Source: Pristiophorus japonicus | Lineage: Eukaryota | DNA length: 64,000 nt | NCBI RefSeq assembly: GCF_044704955.1 | Contig: NC_091998.1 | Coordinates: 4,960,001-5,024,000, forward strand | Direction: 5' to 3' | Shown here: positions 24,053 through 35,826 of the stretch, piece by piece | How positions within the stretch are numbered: the stretch's first letter is position 1 | Layout of the letters: each line of letters begins with the position of its first letter | Made by a program: the position numbers and the translations under genes | Notes under the pieces: model-generated | Told to the model about the DNA's origin: nothing | Databases searched by the model: none | What the model saw: only the letters and a program-made list of their open reading frames with translations

Positions 24053-24679
24053 GCAGTGTGCATGAAGAAAGACTGCCGAAGAGATTTTAAAACTGTTTTC
24101 AGTCCCCACCGCTCTCCAGCACAGATTGCTGAACAAATTGGGTAATTCTAGGCTACCCAGCTCTTCTGGTTTAAAATGGATTTTTTACAGCGTGCTGGTG
24201 GTGAGATGCACTGATTGGAAGGATGTTTGTCCCGACCTGCCTGCAGTCTGGTTGGGACTGTGGTTTCAGTGAGAGGTTCTGCAATCCTTGCACGTACAGA
24301 TGAAGTCAGTAAGCTCCAACCACATCAGTCGCTCAGCCCGGTGACTAAATGGCAAACTCCTGGGTAAAGTGCTCCTCGAGCAAATTTGATTATCAGACAT
24401 CTCCTATTCAGCAGGCCACCGTATAAGTACATGCACTTACCTCATTTGGGTTGTGACAAAGATGTTTCTCTGGCTCAGTCATGTGCATTCTTTCTATTTT
24501 GTTTTGTCTGCCCTGTTCTTTTTGGCCAAACCCTCTCTGGAGTAATAGTGTTCAGTTCTTGGCCCCGCCCGTCAGGGAGGATATGTCGGTCTCGGAGAGG
24601 GAGCAGCGCAGATTCACCAGATTGATACCTGGGGCTAAAAAGGGTTAAATTATTGAGGTCAGCTTGCATAGAGTTACAC

Positions 24680-26860
24680 AAGAACATAAGAAATAGGAGC
24701 AGGAGTCGGCCATACGGCCCCTCGAGCCTGCTCCGCCATTCAATAAGATCATGGCTGATCTGATCTTGGCCTCAGCTCCTTGAGTATCGAAGGTTGAAGG
24801 GTGATCAGGTTGCGCTGTTTAAAACATGAAAAAGATTTGATGGGGTAAATACGGAGAAACAATGTCCTCTGGTGGGCGAAATCCAGAACCAGGGGATATA
24901 ATGTTAAAATAGGAGCAAGGCCATTCAGGAATGAAATCAGGAAACACCCTTTCACACATAGTAATAGAAATCTGTGATTCTCTCCCCAAACGACTGTGGA
25001 TGCTGGGCGACAATTGGAGTTTTCAAGACTCAATCGATTTTCATTGTGTAAAGCTATCGAAGGATTATGGAGCTTTAATGTTGAGATCAGCCATGATCTA
25101 ATTGAAGGCTGGAGCAGGCCCGAGGGGCTGAATGGCCTCCTCCCGTTCCTATGTAACGCTGTCTGATCCTGTGCCCATCAAACGCCACACTGCCAAAACC
25201 CTGAGAAATGATTGGGAGTGGGAAGGCTGGCTGGCTCATTCATTGACCCAGCCTCCACAGCTCTCTGGGGCAAAGAATTCCAAAGATTCACGACCCTCAG
25301 AGAAGAAATTCCTTCTCATTTCTGTTTTAAAGGGGCGACCCCTTATTCTGAGACTATGCTCCCTAGTTCTAGATTCCCCCACGAGGAAAAACATGCTCTC
25401 TGCAGCTACCCTGTCCAGCCCCCTCAGAATCTTACCCGCTTCAATAAGATCGCCTCTCATTCTTCTGAACTCCAATGACTATAGGCCCAACCTGCTCAAC
25501 CTTTCTTCATAAGACAACCCCTTCATCTTCGGAATCACCCTCCTGACCTTTCTCTGAACTGCCCTGTACAGTTGTAGCGGGACTTCCTTACTTTTATACT
25601 CTGGCCCCAATATTCCATTTGCCTTCCTAATTGTTTGCTATACCTACATGCAAATGTTTTGAGTTTCATGTACAACGATCCTTCTGTAACAAAGCATTTT
25701 GTAATCTCTCCCTATTTAAGTAAAAATTTGCTTTTTTCTTTTTTCTTCCAAAGTGGATAACCTCACACTTTCCCACATTATGTTCCATCTGCCAAATTTT
25801 CGCCCACTCATTGAACCTATCTGTGTCCCTTAGCACATACACTATTGGTGGCCGTGCCTTCTGTTACCTGGGCCCCAAGCTCTGGAACTCCCTTCCTAAA
25901 CCTCTCGGCCTCTCTTTCCTCCTTTAAGATGATCCTTAAAACCTACCTCTTTCACCTTTTCTAATATCTCTATGTGGCTAGGTGCCAAATTTTGTTTGAT
26001 AACGCTGCATTGTTTTACAATGTTTGAGGTGCTATATGCATGTAAGTTGTTGCTTGCTGTAGTCTGCGACTGCTGAGATCAGCAGTCAGACAGAGGGGTG
26101 AGTCGAGTGCTTGTGACTGGATTCCACACCGTGTGGTTCTTTTGAGTCACTGGGAAGCTGCAGATGGTTTAACGTCTCATCCGAAAGACGACGCCTCCGA
26201 CAGTGCGGCACTCCCTCAGCACTGCACTGGGAGTGTCTGTTTCGAGTTTGTGCTCCAGTCGCTGGAGTGGGACTTGAACCCACGACCTTAAGGAGACCAT
26301 ACCTGGAGTATTGTGTACAGTTTTGGTCTCCTTACCCAAGGAAGGATATACTTGCCATAGAGAAAGTGCAACGAAGGTTCACCAGATGGGGGGGGGGGGG
26401 TGAGGAGGTGGGGATTGTCCTTTGAGGAGAGATTGAGTAGACTATGCCTATATTCTCTGGAGTTTAGAAGAATGTGAGGTGATCTCATTGAAACATACAA
26501 AATTCTTACAGGGCCTGACAGGGTAGATGCAGGGAGGGTGTTTTCCCCCTGGCTGGGGAGTCTAGAACCAGGGGTCACAGTCTCAGGATAAGGGGTAGGC
26601 CATTTAGGACTGAGATGAGAAATGTCTTCACTGAGGGTGGTGAATCTGTGGAATTCTCTACCCCAGAGAGCTATGGAGGCTCAGTCTTTGAGTATATTCA
26701 AGACGGTGATCGATAGATTTTTGGATATTAAGGGAATGAAGGGATATGGGGATCGGGCGGGAAAGTGGAGTTGAGGTCAATGATCAGCCGTGATCTCATT
26801 GAATGGCGGAGCAGGCTCGAGGGGCCGAATGGCCGACTCCTGCTCCTAATTCTTATGTTC
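24680..26860. mobile_element. Cluster of CR1, L2 and SINE fragments in both orientations
   Basis: CR1 ORF2 C-terminal translations (EFRRMRGDLIE...) at 25236-25475 (minus) and ~26290-26860 (plus). L2 tail at ~25845-26050. Confidence 0.8.
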
Positions 26861-27789
26861 TGACTCCAGCTGTGGAATAATCACGGGGGCTCCCTGTGTG
26901 AGCCCCTCCCACCACAAAACCAGAAGCACAAAATACTTGAAACCGGCTGCCTGTTGCCTTCAGAGCCTCCCCTCGAGGCCTTGCGTTGTCACCGAGAGTT
27001 TTGGTTCGCAGGCCGCATTGTGCTGACTCTGCAAAGAGTGACTGCCCCAGAACGGCACAAAACATCAACATTCCCAAGTAGACAGCATCTTATTGTTCGA
27101 AAAAAAACGGCGTACCGCACAGGAACTGAGGTCATAAATCCTTACATTGGTGCGTTTGGCCCGCGTTGTTCCCTCGTGTAATGGGCAGTGTGTCAGCCTG
27201 TGTGTCCTGACAAGGAAAGGGACAAATGATGGACAGCTAAGATCTTGTTGAGTAAGAGATACAATTAACATCCGGCTTCCATGGTTGCTGGATGATTGAA
27301 AGAAAGGCACTTAAACAAATATCTGCAAATGGAGCGAAGTGCAAACAGGGCTTAAGATAATGGGACCCGGGGAGTAAACGCGTCCATAATTTCACCCGTG
27401 ACTGTCTAAACAAAGAACGCGGCCAATAGTCCAAATGTGTTGACTCCCAAAGATTGGGAGGCGATTAAATCGGAGCTCCCACCTGTAAACGAGCGAGGGG
27501 GCGCATTTTGGGTTCGCTCGAGCAGAATGGGAGTTGTGCTGACTTGCACGGTTGCGGGTGTGAACACCATCAGTTGTGGTGTTGAGCCGATGAAGGGAAG
27601 ATGTTGCTCTGCCTTGACTAGTTTTTCACAGCTGCACTCTGTTTACCAACAACAGACCTCCATTGTTCTATTTCTAGTTGCACGAACCCTCGCGGAAGCA
27701 ACTTGCGTCCACTGTATTGACTCGCTTTAGTTTGAATCCCAGTTTAATCTGCTTAAAATGAAAGACCTTTCTGGGCCAAAGACAGAAAT

Positions 27790-28196
27790 AATTTGCATTT
27801 ATACGGCGCCTTTCACCACCTCTGGTCGTCCCAAAGAGCTTCACAGCCGATGAAGCACTTTTTGAAGTGTAGTCGCTGCTGTAATGTGGGAAACGCGGCA
27901 GCTGGTTTGTGCTTCCACAAACAATCATTGTTGATTGAGGGACAAATATTGGCCAGGACACCGGGGAGAACTCCCCTGCTCTTCTTCGAAACAGTGCAGT
28001 GGGACCTTTTACGTCCACCTCCGAGGGCAGACTTTGTTTAACGTCTCATCCGAAAGACGGCACCTCCGACAGCGCAGCACTCCCTCAGCACTGCACTGGG
28101 AGTGTCGGCCTGGATTTTGTGCTCTCTCTGGATCGGGGCTTGAACCCACAACCTTATGACTCCGAGGCGAGTGTGCTGCCCACTGAGCCACAGCTG
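27790..28196 (-). mobile_element. Deu-SINE, full length
   Basis: A and B boxes at the 28140-28196 end, tail at 27790. Confidence 0.88.
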
Positions 28197-28576
28197 ATAG
28201 ACATTTAAGATCACGGCAATGTACAGAGCCATTGCAGTCCGTCTGGCTGGTCTGAAACCTGAAAGATAAATACAGTACTGTAGTTAATCCTTTGTATCCC
28301 TCAATCCCTTCTAACACCAGGAACCAGCCAGAACCCCCTCGAGCTTGTTGACAGAGTATTCTCCATAGTCTCCCTGTTCCACACGTTCCCCAATCTCTGT
28401 AAATACAAGTCTTTGGGCTAAGTGGCTACAATGGCACAACACACATGGTTTAAATATAAACCTCAAGTGAGATGGATTGATGCCGACGACTGTCTGAGAT
28501 CAATAACTCCACAGTGGGAGTGTTGCCCTGGATTTTAACAGCTTTCGGTGACATCGAGCAGCAAAGCACGAACTAT

Positions 28577-30150
28577 AAGAACATAAGATATATCGGAGCA
28601 GAAGTCGGCCATTCGGCCCCTCGAGCCTGCTCCGCCATTCAGTAAGATCTTGGCTGATCCAATCCTGGCCTCAGCTTCACTTCCCTGCCCGCTCCCCATA
28701 ACCCTTGACTCCCCATCATTCAAGAATCTGTAGCTCCACCTTAAATATATTCAATGACCCAGCCTCCACAGCTCTCTGGGGCAGAGAATTCCACAGATTC
28801 ACCAGAGAAGAAATTCCTCCTCATCTCCGTTCTAAATGGGCGCCCCCTAGTTCTCGATTCCCCCACGAGGGGAAACATCCTCTCTGCATCTACCCTGTCA
28901 AGCCCCCTCAGAATCTTATACGTTTCAGTAAGTTCACCTCTCATTCTTCTAAACTCCAGTGACTATAGGCCCAACCTGCTCAACCTTTCCTCTTAAAACA
29001 ATCCCTTCATCCCAGGAATTTCCTGAATTCCGCATTGTCCAAAGTGGTGTTTGGGCAAAGTACCTCGGTTATTTATTCTGCTGGAGCTGGTCACTGGGGA
29101 CTGGACGCACGACTGTAGGAAACGCAGCAGCCAGTTTGTGCACAGCAAAGGCGCGCAGTCAACAATGTGTTGATAACCACGTGATCTATTTTTAGTGATG
29201 CTGATTGAGGGATAAATATTGGCCCAGAACACCGGGGAAAACTCCCCTGCTCTTCTTTAAAATAGTGTCCGTGGGATCTTTCACGTCCGCCTGAGGGGGA
29301 AAACGGGGACCTTGGTGTAAAGTCTAATCCAAAGGATGGCACCTCCGACAGTGCAGCACTCCCTCAGCACTGCACTGGGAGCATCAGCCTACATTTTGTG
29401 CTCGAGCCCATGACTTTCAGACTCTGGGGCGAGAGTGCTACCTGACGCCTAAATTAAATGAGTGCGCTCCGTAACATTCTGAGAGAGGATACAGAAGAAA
29501 CTGTAAGCTCTTGGAGGTGAAAAGGTTCCACATGAAACTCCTGGAGTGCCCTTGCAGCTAAAGTACTTGTGCAAGTTGTTTCCCCGTCCTCTGGCTCCAT
29601 CTTGTGGCTCAGTTCTGTCATTGACACGAGAGGTTTTGCAAAACAAACTGACTCATGACCTTAAAAAAAAACCTCAACAAGAACGACGTGTATTTATATA
29701 GCGCCGTTGACGTAGTGAAACGTCCCAAGGTGCTTCACAGGAGTATTATGCGATTTAAAAAAAAATTGATACTGAGCTTCATAAGGAGATATTAGGGCAG
29801 GTGACCAAAAGCTGGGTCAAAGAGGTAGGTTTTAAGGAGCGTCTTAAAGGAGAAAAGAGAGGCGGAGAGGTTTAGGGAGGGAGTTCCAGAGTTTGGGGCC
29901 CAGGCAGCTGAAGGCACGGCCACCAATGATGGAGTGATTATAATCAGGGATGCTCAGGAGGGCCGAATTAGAGGAGCGCAGAGATCTCGGGGGGAAGGGG
30001 GGCTGTGGGGCTGGAGGAGGTTACAGAGATAGGGAGGGCCGAGGGCCGAGGGCCATGGAGGGATTTGAAAAACAGGATGAGAATTTTGAAATCGAGGCGT
30101 TGCTTAACCGGGGGCACAGGGGGTGATGGGTGAGCGGGATTTGGTGTGAG
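28577..30150 (-). mobile_element. CR1 (28577-29017), Deu-SINE (29115-29445) and L2 (29680-30150) fragments
   Basis: Family-diagnostic tails and translations. Confidence 0.8.
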
Positions 30151-31163
30151 CTAGGCCACCACAAATGCAGTGAATCCAAAATAGATTTTGGGGAAGTTTA
30201 CAGAATAGTACGAGGTACTGGAATGTGTTGATTGTGTTATGCCCTAGCAAAGAACCATCACTTTCAAGAGAGGAGAGGCGAAAATCACAGACAAATTCTC
30301 TCCCCATTCCCCAACACACCCATATCGAATTACTTGTTCTGACCAACATATTCCAGCAGCCTCCCTCTGCCCCTGCCCCAGTAAACTACACACTCACCTC
30401 TTCCCCCTTCTTCACTCTGGGTTTCAACCTCGGCCCAACACTTGGGAATGTTCTCTCCGAACCTCTCNNNNNNNNNNNNNNNNNNNNNNNNNNNNNNNNN
30501 NNNNNNNNNNNNNNNNNNNNNNNNNNNNNNNNNNNNNNNNNNNNNNNNNNNNNNNNNNNNNNNNNNNNNNNNNNNNNNNNNNNNNNNNNNNNNNNNNNNN
30601 NNNNNNNNNNNNNNNNNNNNNNNNNNNNNNNNNNNNNNNNNNNNNNNNNNNNNNNNNNNNNNNNNNNNNNNNNNNNNNNNNNNNNNNNNNNNNNNNNNNN
30701 NNNNNNNNNNNNNNNNNNNNNNNNNNNNNNNNNNNNNNNNNNNNNNNNNNNNNNNNNNNNNNNNNNNNNNNNNNNNNNNNNNNNNNNNNNNNNNNNNNNN
30801 NNNNNNNNNNNNNNNNNNNNNNNNNNNNNNNNNNNNNNNNNNNNNNNNNNNNNNNNNNNNNNNNNNNNNNNNNNNNNNNNNNNNNNNNNNNNNNNNNNNN
30901 NNNNNNNNNNNNNNNNNNNNNNNNNNNNNNNNNNNNNNNNNNNNNNNNNNNNNNNNNNNNNNNNNNNNNNNNNNNNNNNNNNNNNNNNNNNNNNNNNNNN
31001 NNNNNNNNNNNNNNNNNNNCCCTCCTAACTTCCCTCCCGGTTCTGGGAGGTGCTTTGGGCAGATTCAGAGAGTGAAAGACGTTGCCTATCGATGCAAATT
31101 GTTGGCTCAGCTTTTTGTTTCTGTGCGTTAAACTATTCCTTGTTGTTTCTTGACCTTTTAAAG

Positions 31164-31310
31164 GTTGAGGAAAATAAAGGAAATCTTCATTTTTGGAAAG
31201 CCTGAAGTGTCTGTTGTGGCCATTGGCTCCGAAACTTTCGATATTTTCCGGCTATCGAACGCAATGACATCCAGAGGATGGAATCTCAACACCTTGCAGT
31301 TCCCTTCCAG
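31164..31310 (+). CDS. SGPL1: SGPL1 internal exon
   Basis: ttaaag|G TTG AGG...TCC AG|gtaggt, 147 bp. Encodes (Q)[48 protein letters not shown]. Phase is continuous with the exon ending at 21419. Confidence 0.95.
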
Positions 31311-31321
31311 GTAGGTGTTAC

Positions 31322-31323
<2 letters not shown>

Positions 31324-31368
<45 letters not shown>
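31324..31368. repeat. (AC)n microsatellite
   Basis: About 22 AC units just downstream of the donor site. Confidence 0.98.
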
Positions 31369-31369
<1 letters not shown>

Positions 31370-31389
31370 CACTTCATGATCAGGCCTGT

Positions 31390-32620
31390 CATAGAAACAT
31401 AAAAAATAGGTGCAGGAGTAGGCCATTCGGCCTTTCAAGCCTGCACCGCCATTCAATATGATCATGGCTGATCATTCACCTCGGTACTCCTTTCCTGCTT
31501 TCTCTACATACCCCTTGATCCCTTTAGCCGTAAGGGCCATATCTAGCTCCCTTTTGAATATATCTAACAAACTGGCCTCAACAATTCTCTGCGGAAGAGA
31601 ATTCCACAAGTTAACAACTCTGAGTGAAGAAGTTTCTCCTCATCTCGGCCCTAAATGGCTTACCCCTTATCCTTAGACTGTGACCCCTGGTTCTGGACTT
31701 CCCCAACATCGGGAACATTCTTCCTGCATCTAACCTGTCCCGTCCCGTCAGAATCTTATACATTTCTATGAGATCCCCTCTCATCCTTCTAAACTCCAGT
31801 GAATACAGGCCCAGTCGATCCAGTCTCTCCTCATATGTCAGTCCTGCCATCCCGGGAATCAGTCTGGTGAACCTTCGCTGCACTTCCTCAATAGCAATGT
31901 CCTTCCTCAGATTAGGAGACTAAAACTGAACACAATATTCCAGGTGTGGCCTCACCAAGGCCCTGTACAACTGCAGTAAGACCTCCCTGCTCCTATACTC
32001 AAATCCTCTCGCTATGAAGGCCAACATGCCATTTGCCTTCTTCACTGCCTGCTGTACCTGCATGTCAACCTTCAATGACTGATGTACCATGACACCCAGG
32101 TTTCGTTGCACCTCCCTTTTTCATAATCTGTCACCATTCAGATAATATTCTGCCTTCATGTTTTTGCCACCAAAGTGGATAACCTCACATTTATCCACAT
32201 TATACTGCATCTGCCATGCATTTTCCCATTCACCTAACCTGTCCAAGTCATCCTGCAGCCTCTTAGCATCCTCCTCACAGCTCACACCATCACCCAGCTT
32301 AGTGTCATCTGCAAACTTGGAGATATTATTCTCAATTCCTTCATCTAAATCATTGATGTATATTGTAAATAGTTGGGGTCCCAGCACTGAGCCCTGCGGC
32401 ACCCCACTAGTCACTGCCTGCCATTCTGAAAGGACCCGTTTATCCCGACTCTCTGCTTCCTGTCTGCCAACCAGTTCTCTATCCACGTCAGTACATTACC
32501 CCAATACCATGTGCTTTAATTTTGCACACCAATCTCTTGTGTGGGACCTTGTCAAAAGCCTTTTAAAAGTCCAAATACACCACATCCACTGGTTCTCCCT
32601 TGTCCACTCGACTAGTTACA
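31390..32620 (-). mobile_element. CR1 LINE 3' 1.2 kb including an RT fragment
   Basis: GVPQGSVLGPQLFTIYINDLD...KFADDTKL, LVRPHLEYCVQF and a tail at 31390. Confidence 0.95.
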
Positions 32621-32835
32621 TCGTGGCAGAAATGAACATATCTTTACTTACTGACCACTCGCTTGCACAATAGTAGAAATATTGAGGGGCGCGGGGGGAC
32701 GAGGTCACACGATATCCGGACTGTCTCCCGTCCCCACGCTGAGCCCTGCTCCTGCGACGCAGAAACCCCACCACCAAAACGAACCTATGGGAGTGTCCAC
32801 GGTTGTGTTAACGCGGATTGCCTCTTCCCTTTCAG

Positions 32836-32956
32836 CATTCACATCTGTGTGACACTCCTGCACACCAGGAACAGGGTAGCTGATCAGTTTGTGGAGGATG
32901 TCTGTCAGAGTGTGGCCGAAATAATGAAGAATCCCGATGAGAAAACCACCGGCAGG
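32836..32956 (+). CDS. SGPL1: SGPL1 penultimate coding exon
   Basis: ttcag|C ATT CAC...GGC AGG|gtaagc, 121 bp. Encodes (S)[40 protein letters not shown]. Confidence 0.96.
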
Positions 32957-32999
32957 GTAAGCATGCTACGGCCTTTCGCAGAAAAGTTTTGGTTTATCA

Positions 33000-33560
33000 A
33001 CAACAACAACAACAAGATCCGGCGTACTTATATAGCGCCTTTAACAAAGTAAAACATCCCAAGACGCTTCACACAAAGTTTTACACACAGCCACATCAGG
33101 AGATATTAGGGCAGGTCACTCATTGGAGTTTAGAAGAATGAGAGTCGATCTTGTTGAAACATATAAAATTCTGAGCGAGTTTGACAGGGTAGATGCAGAG
33201 AAGATGTTTCCCCTCGTGGGGGAATCTAGAACTAGGGGGCATAGTTTCAGAATAAGACGGAGATGAGGAAGAATTTCTTCCTTCAGAGGGTTGTGAATCT
33301 GTGGAATTCTCTGCCCCAGAGAGCTGTGGAGGCTGGGTCATTGAATATATTCAAGGTGGAGATGGACAGATTCTTGAACAATAAGGGAGTAAAGGGTTAT
33401 GGGGAATGGGCAGGGAAGTGGCTGATTTGAATGGTGGAGCAGGCTCGAGGGGCCGTATGGCTGACTCCTGCTCCTATTTCTTATGTTCTTATGACCAAAA
33501 GCATAGTCAAAGATATAGGTTTTGAGGAGAGAGGCGGAGAGGTTTAGGGAGGGAATTCCA
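33000..33560. mobile_element. L2 tail (minus) interrupted by a CR1 fragment (plus, ~33122-33492)
   Basis: The L2 sequence ggagatattagggcaggt...gaccaaaagc is split by a CR1 fragment ending cttatgttcttat. Confidence 0.82.
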
Positions 33561-34213
33561 GAAGTTGAATGAATTTCTCTGCTGCATGATGAAGGTATTC
33601 TGGACGTCTCCACCTCTCCGAGTCTATGGGCCTCTCATCCAGGCTCTGGAGGCTCCTCCCTAAAGCTCTCATCCTTTACACCACCTTAAACCCCAGCTCC
33701 CAGGATTGCTGCTTTTGGCTCGCGCCCACGTTTTATAATCAACCTCTATAAAGCGTCTTGGGACGTTTCACTACCCTTTAAAATGTCAGTTCCAACTCAT
33801 TTCAGCATCGTTCCTGCTCCTCAGTGTTTAAGGAACTTGCAAGTTTTAATTTCACTCGTACATGGGCTGCAAAAAATTGCATTAAAGGAAACCGATAATG
33901 CAGAGGAGGATAAATTTAAAAAACACTCAAAATTGCAGTTAAAAGATCAGAAAAATGACCCGCTGAGCTCGAAAATCTGGTCGCGATGTCGAGGGAGCCC
34001 CGACCAAGCGCGATGGGAGGATATTCGCGTTTGCGAGTTGGGGCGGGGCAGATTGGTGGGCAGGGCAGGTTTTTGGGGCGGAGATTCGTTCGGCCGGAGG
34101 GTTTGATTGTCAGGCGTGAAAGATTGACGAGACTCTAGCGTATTGAAGTTGCTTGCGCAAACTCACTCACGCAAAAAAAAATTCACGATCTTTTAAACCC
34201 CGCAATTTGATAG

Positions 34214-34469
34214 TGTAATGTAGTAAGAGGATGCTCACAGATTTGTAGCGCTGTTGCATCACGTCACGCGATGTTGTTCACAAGACTCAATAAAACCCCA
34301 GCCAGTTGGGTCTAGGTCATCCATTTGTGGATGCAGTTGTGAGCCTGATGGATGAACTGGTAATGTGTAGTGTGATTGTTAAACCATTGTTAATAAACCA
34401 ACTAGTTCTTAATAGCAATGTGTTGCTATGAATTATTAAGCAAAGAACCCATGAAGCAAATACATCACA
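34214..34469 (+). mobile_element. Solo LTR (second LTR family)
   Basis: Terminal inverted repeats TGTAATGTA...TACATCACA and internal AATAAA. A second copy lies at 39253-39797. Confidence 0.75.
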
Positions 34470-34609
34470 GGTGGTGCCCAGATTATGGGTGTGTCTGGGA
34501 GTGAATGCGATGGGACTCCAGGCCATAGTACATTACACCAGAATAAACTAACTGTAGGGAACATTCTAAAGAGGTTGCGCTGTGTTTACAGTATAGAGTG
34601 CCTGTTGTC

Positions 34610-35645
34610 AAACTCAGTTGCCCGTCTCATAACTCGCACCAATTCCCATTCACCCATCATCCCCATGCTCGCTGACCTGCATTGGCTCCCGGTCCGGCAA
34701 CGCCTCGATTTTAAAATTATTATCCTTGTGCTCGCCCCGCCCTGTCTCTGTAACCTCTGACAGCTCTTCCGAGATCTCTGCGCTCCTCCAATTCTGACCT
34801 GTTGCACCTTCCCGGATATAATCGCTCCACCATTGGCGGCCGTGCCTTCAGCTGCCTGGGGCCCTAAGCTCTGGACTTGCCTCTTTAAACCTCTCTACCC
34901 CTCTCTCCTCCTTTAAGACGCTCCTTAAAATCTACCTCATTGACAAAGCTTATGGTCACCTGTCCGATCTATCTCCTTATATGGCTTGGTGTCAAATTTT
35001 GATTGTTGATGTTTTAAAGACGCTATATAAATGCAAGTTGTTAGTTGTCATGGATACCTATTGGAGTCCATCAACCAGCCTGATCTCTGTTGTAGATCCA
35101 CCTCAGCGGGTTAGTTGGCTTGACCTGTAAGACATAAATAAACATAAGGACATAAAAACGAGGAGCAGGAGTAGGCCATTCGGCCCCTCGAGCCTGCTCC
35201 GCCATTTAATAAGATCATGGCTGATCTTCGACCTCAACTCCACTTTCCCGCCTAATCCCCATATCCCTTGATTCCCCGAGAGTCCAAATCTATCGATCTC
35301 GACCTTGAATATACTCAACGACTGAGCCTCCACAGCCCTTGGGGGAAGGGAATTCCAAAGATTCACCACCCTCTGAGTGAAGAAATTCCTCCTCATCTCT
35401 GGCCAACCCCTTATCCTGAGACTGTGACCCCTGGTTCTAGACTCTCCAGCCCGGGGGAAACATCCTCTCTGCATCTACCCTGTCAATCCTTCTCAGAATC
35501 TTACATGTTTCAATGAGATCACCTCTCATTCTTCTAAACTCCAGAGAGTATAGGCCCAATCTACTCTCCTTATAGGACAACACTCTCATCCCAGGGGTCA
35601 ATCTAGTGAACCTTCGTTGCACCAACTGTGAGGCAGGTATGTCCT
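34610..35645. mobile_element. L2 (plus, 34610-35045) and CR1 (minus, 35130-35645) fragments
   Basis: LADLHWLPVRQRLDFKI (L2). CR1 tail at 35130. Confidence 0.85.
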
Positions 35646-35682
35646 TGCCCGTGTCCTGATTTAATTTCCTCTCTCCCTGCAG

Positions 35683-35826
35683 GGTGCTATATACGGCATG
35701 GCACAGTCCATTCCCGACCGTTCCCTGGTGACGGAGATATCGCATGGATTCCTGGATTGTCTCTACAGCACTGAACTCCCCGGCGATGAGAAAAATCACA
35801 TGAATGGAGACTCGGCACAACACTGA
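35683..35826 (+). CDS. SGPL1: SGPL1 last coding exon
   Basis: ctgcag|GGT GCT ATA TAC GGC ATG...CAC TGA. Encodes GAIYGMAQSIPDRSLVTEISHGFLDCLYSTELPGDEKNHMNGDSAQH*. Confidence 0.96.
   Translation, partial: GAIYGMAQSIPDRSLVTEISHGFLDCLYSTELPGDEKNHMNGDSAQH

Noticed and set aside
30468-31019. Gap possibly hiding an SGPL1 exon
   Set aside because: The exons ending at 21419 (CA) and starting at 31164 (G) join in frame and give a continuous SGPL1 sequence.
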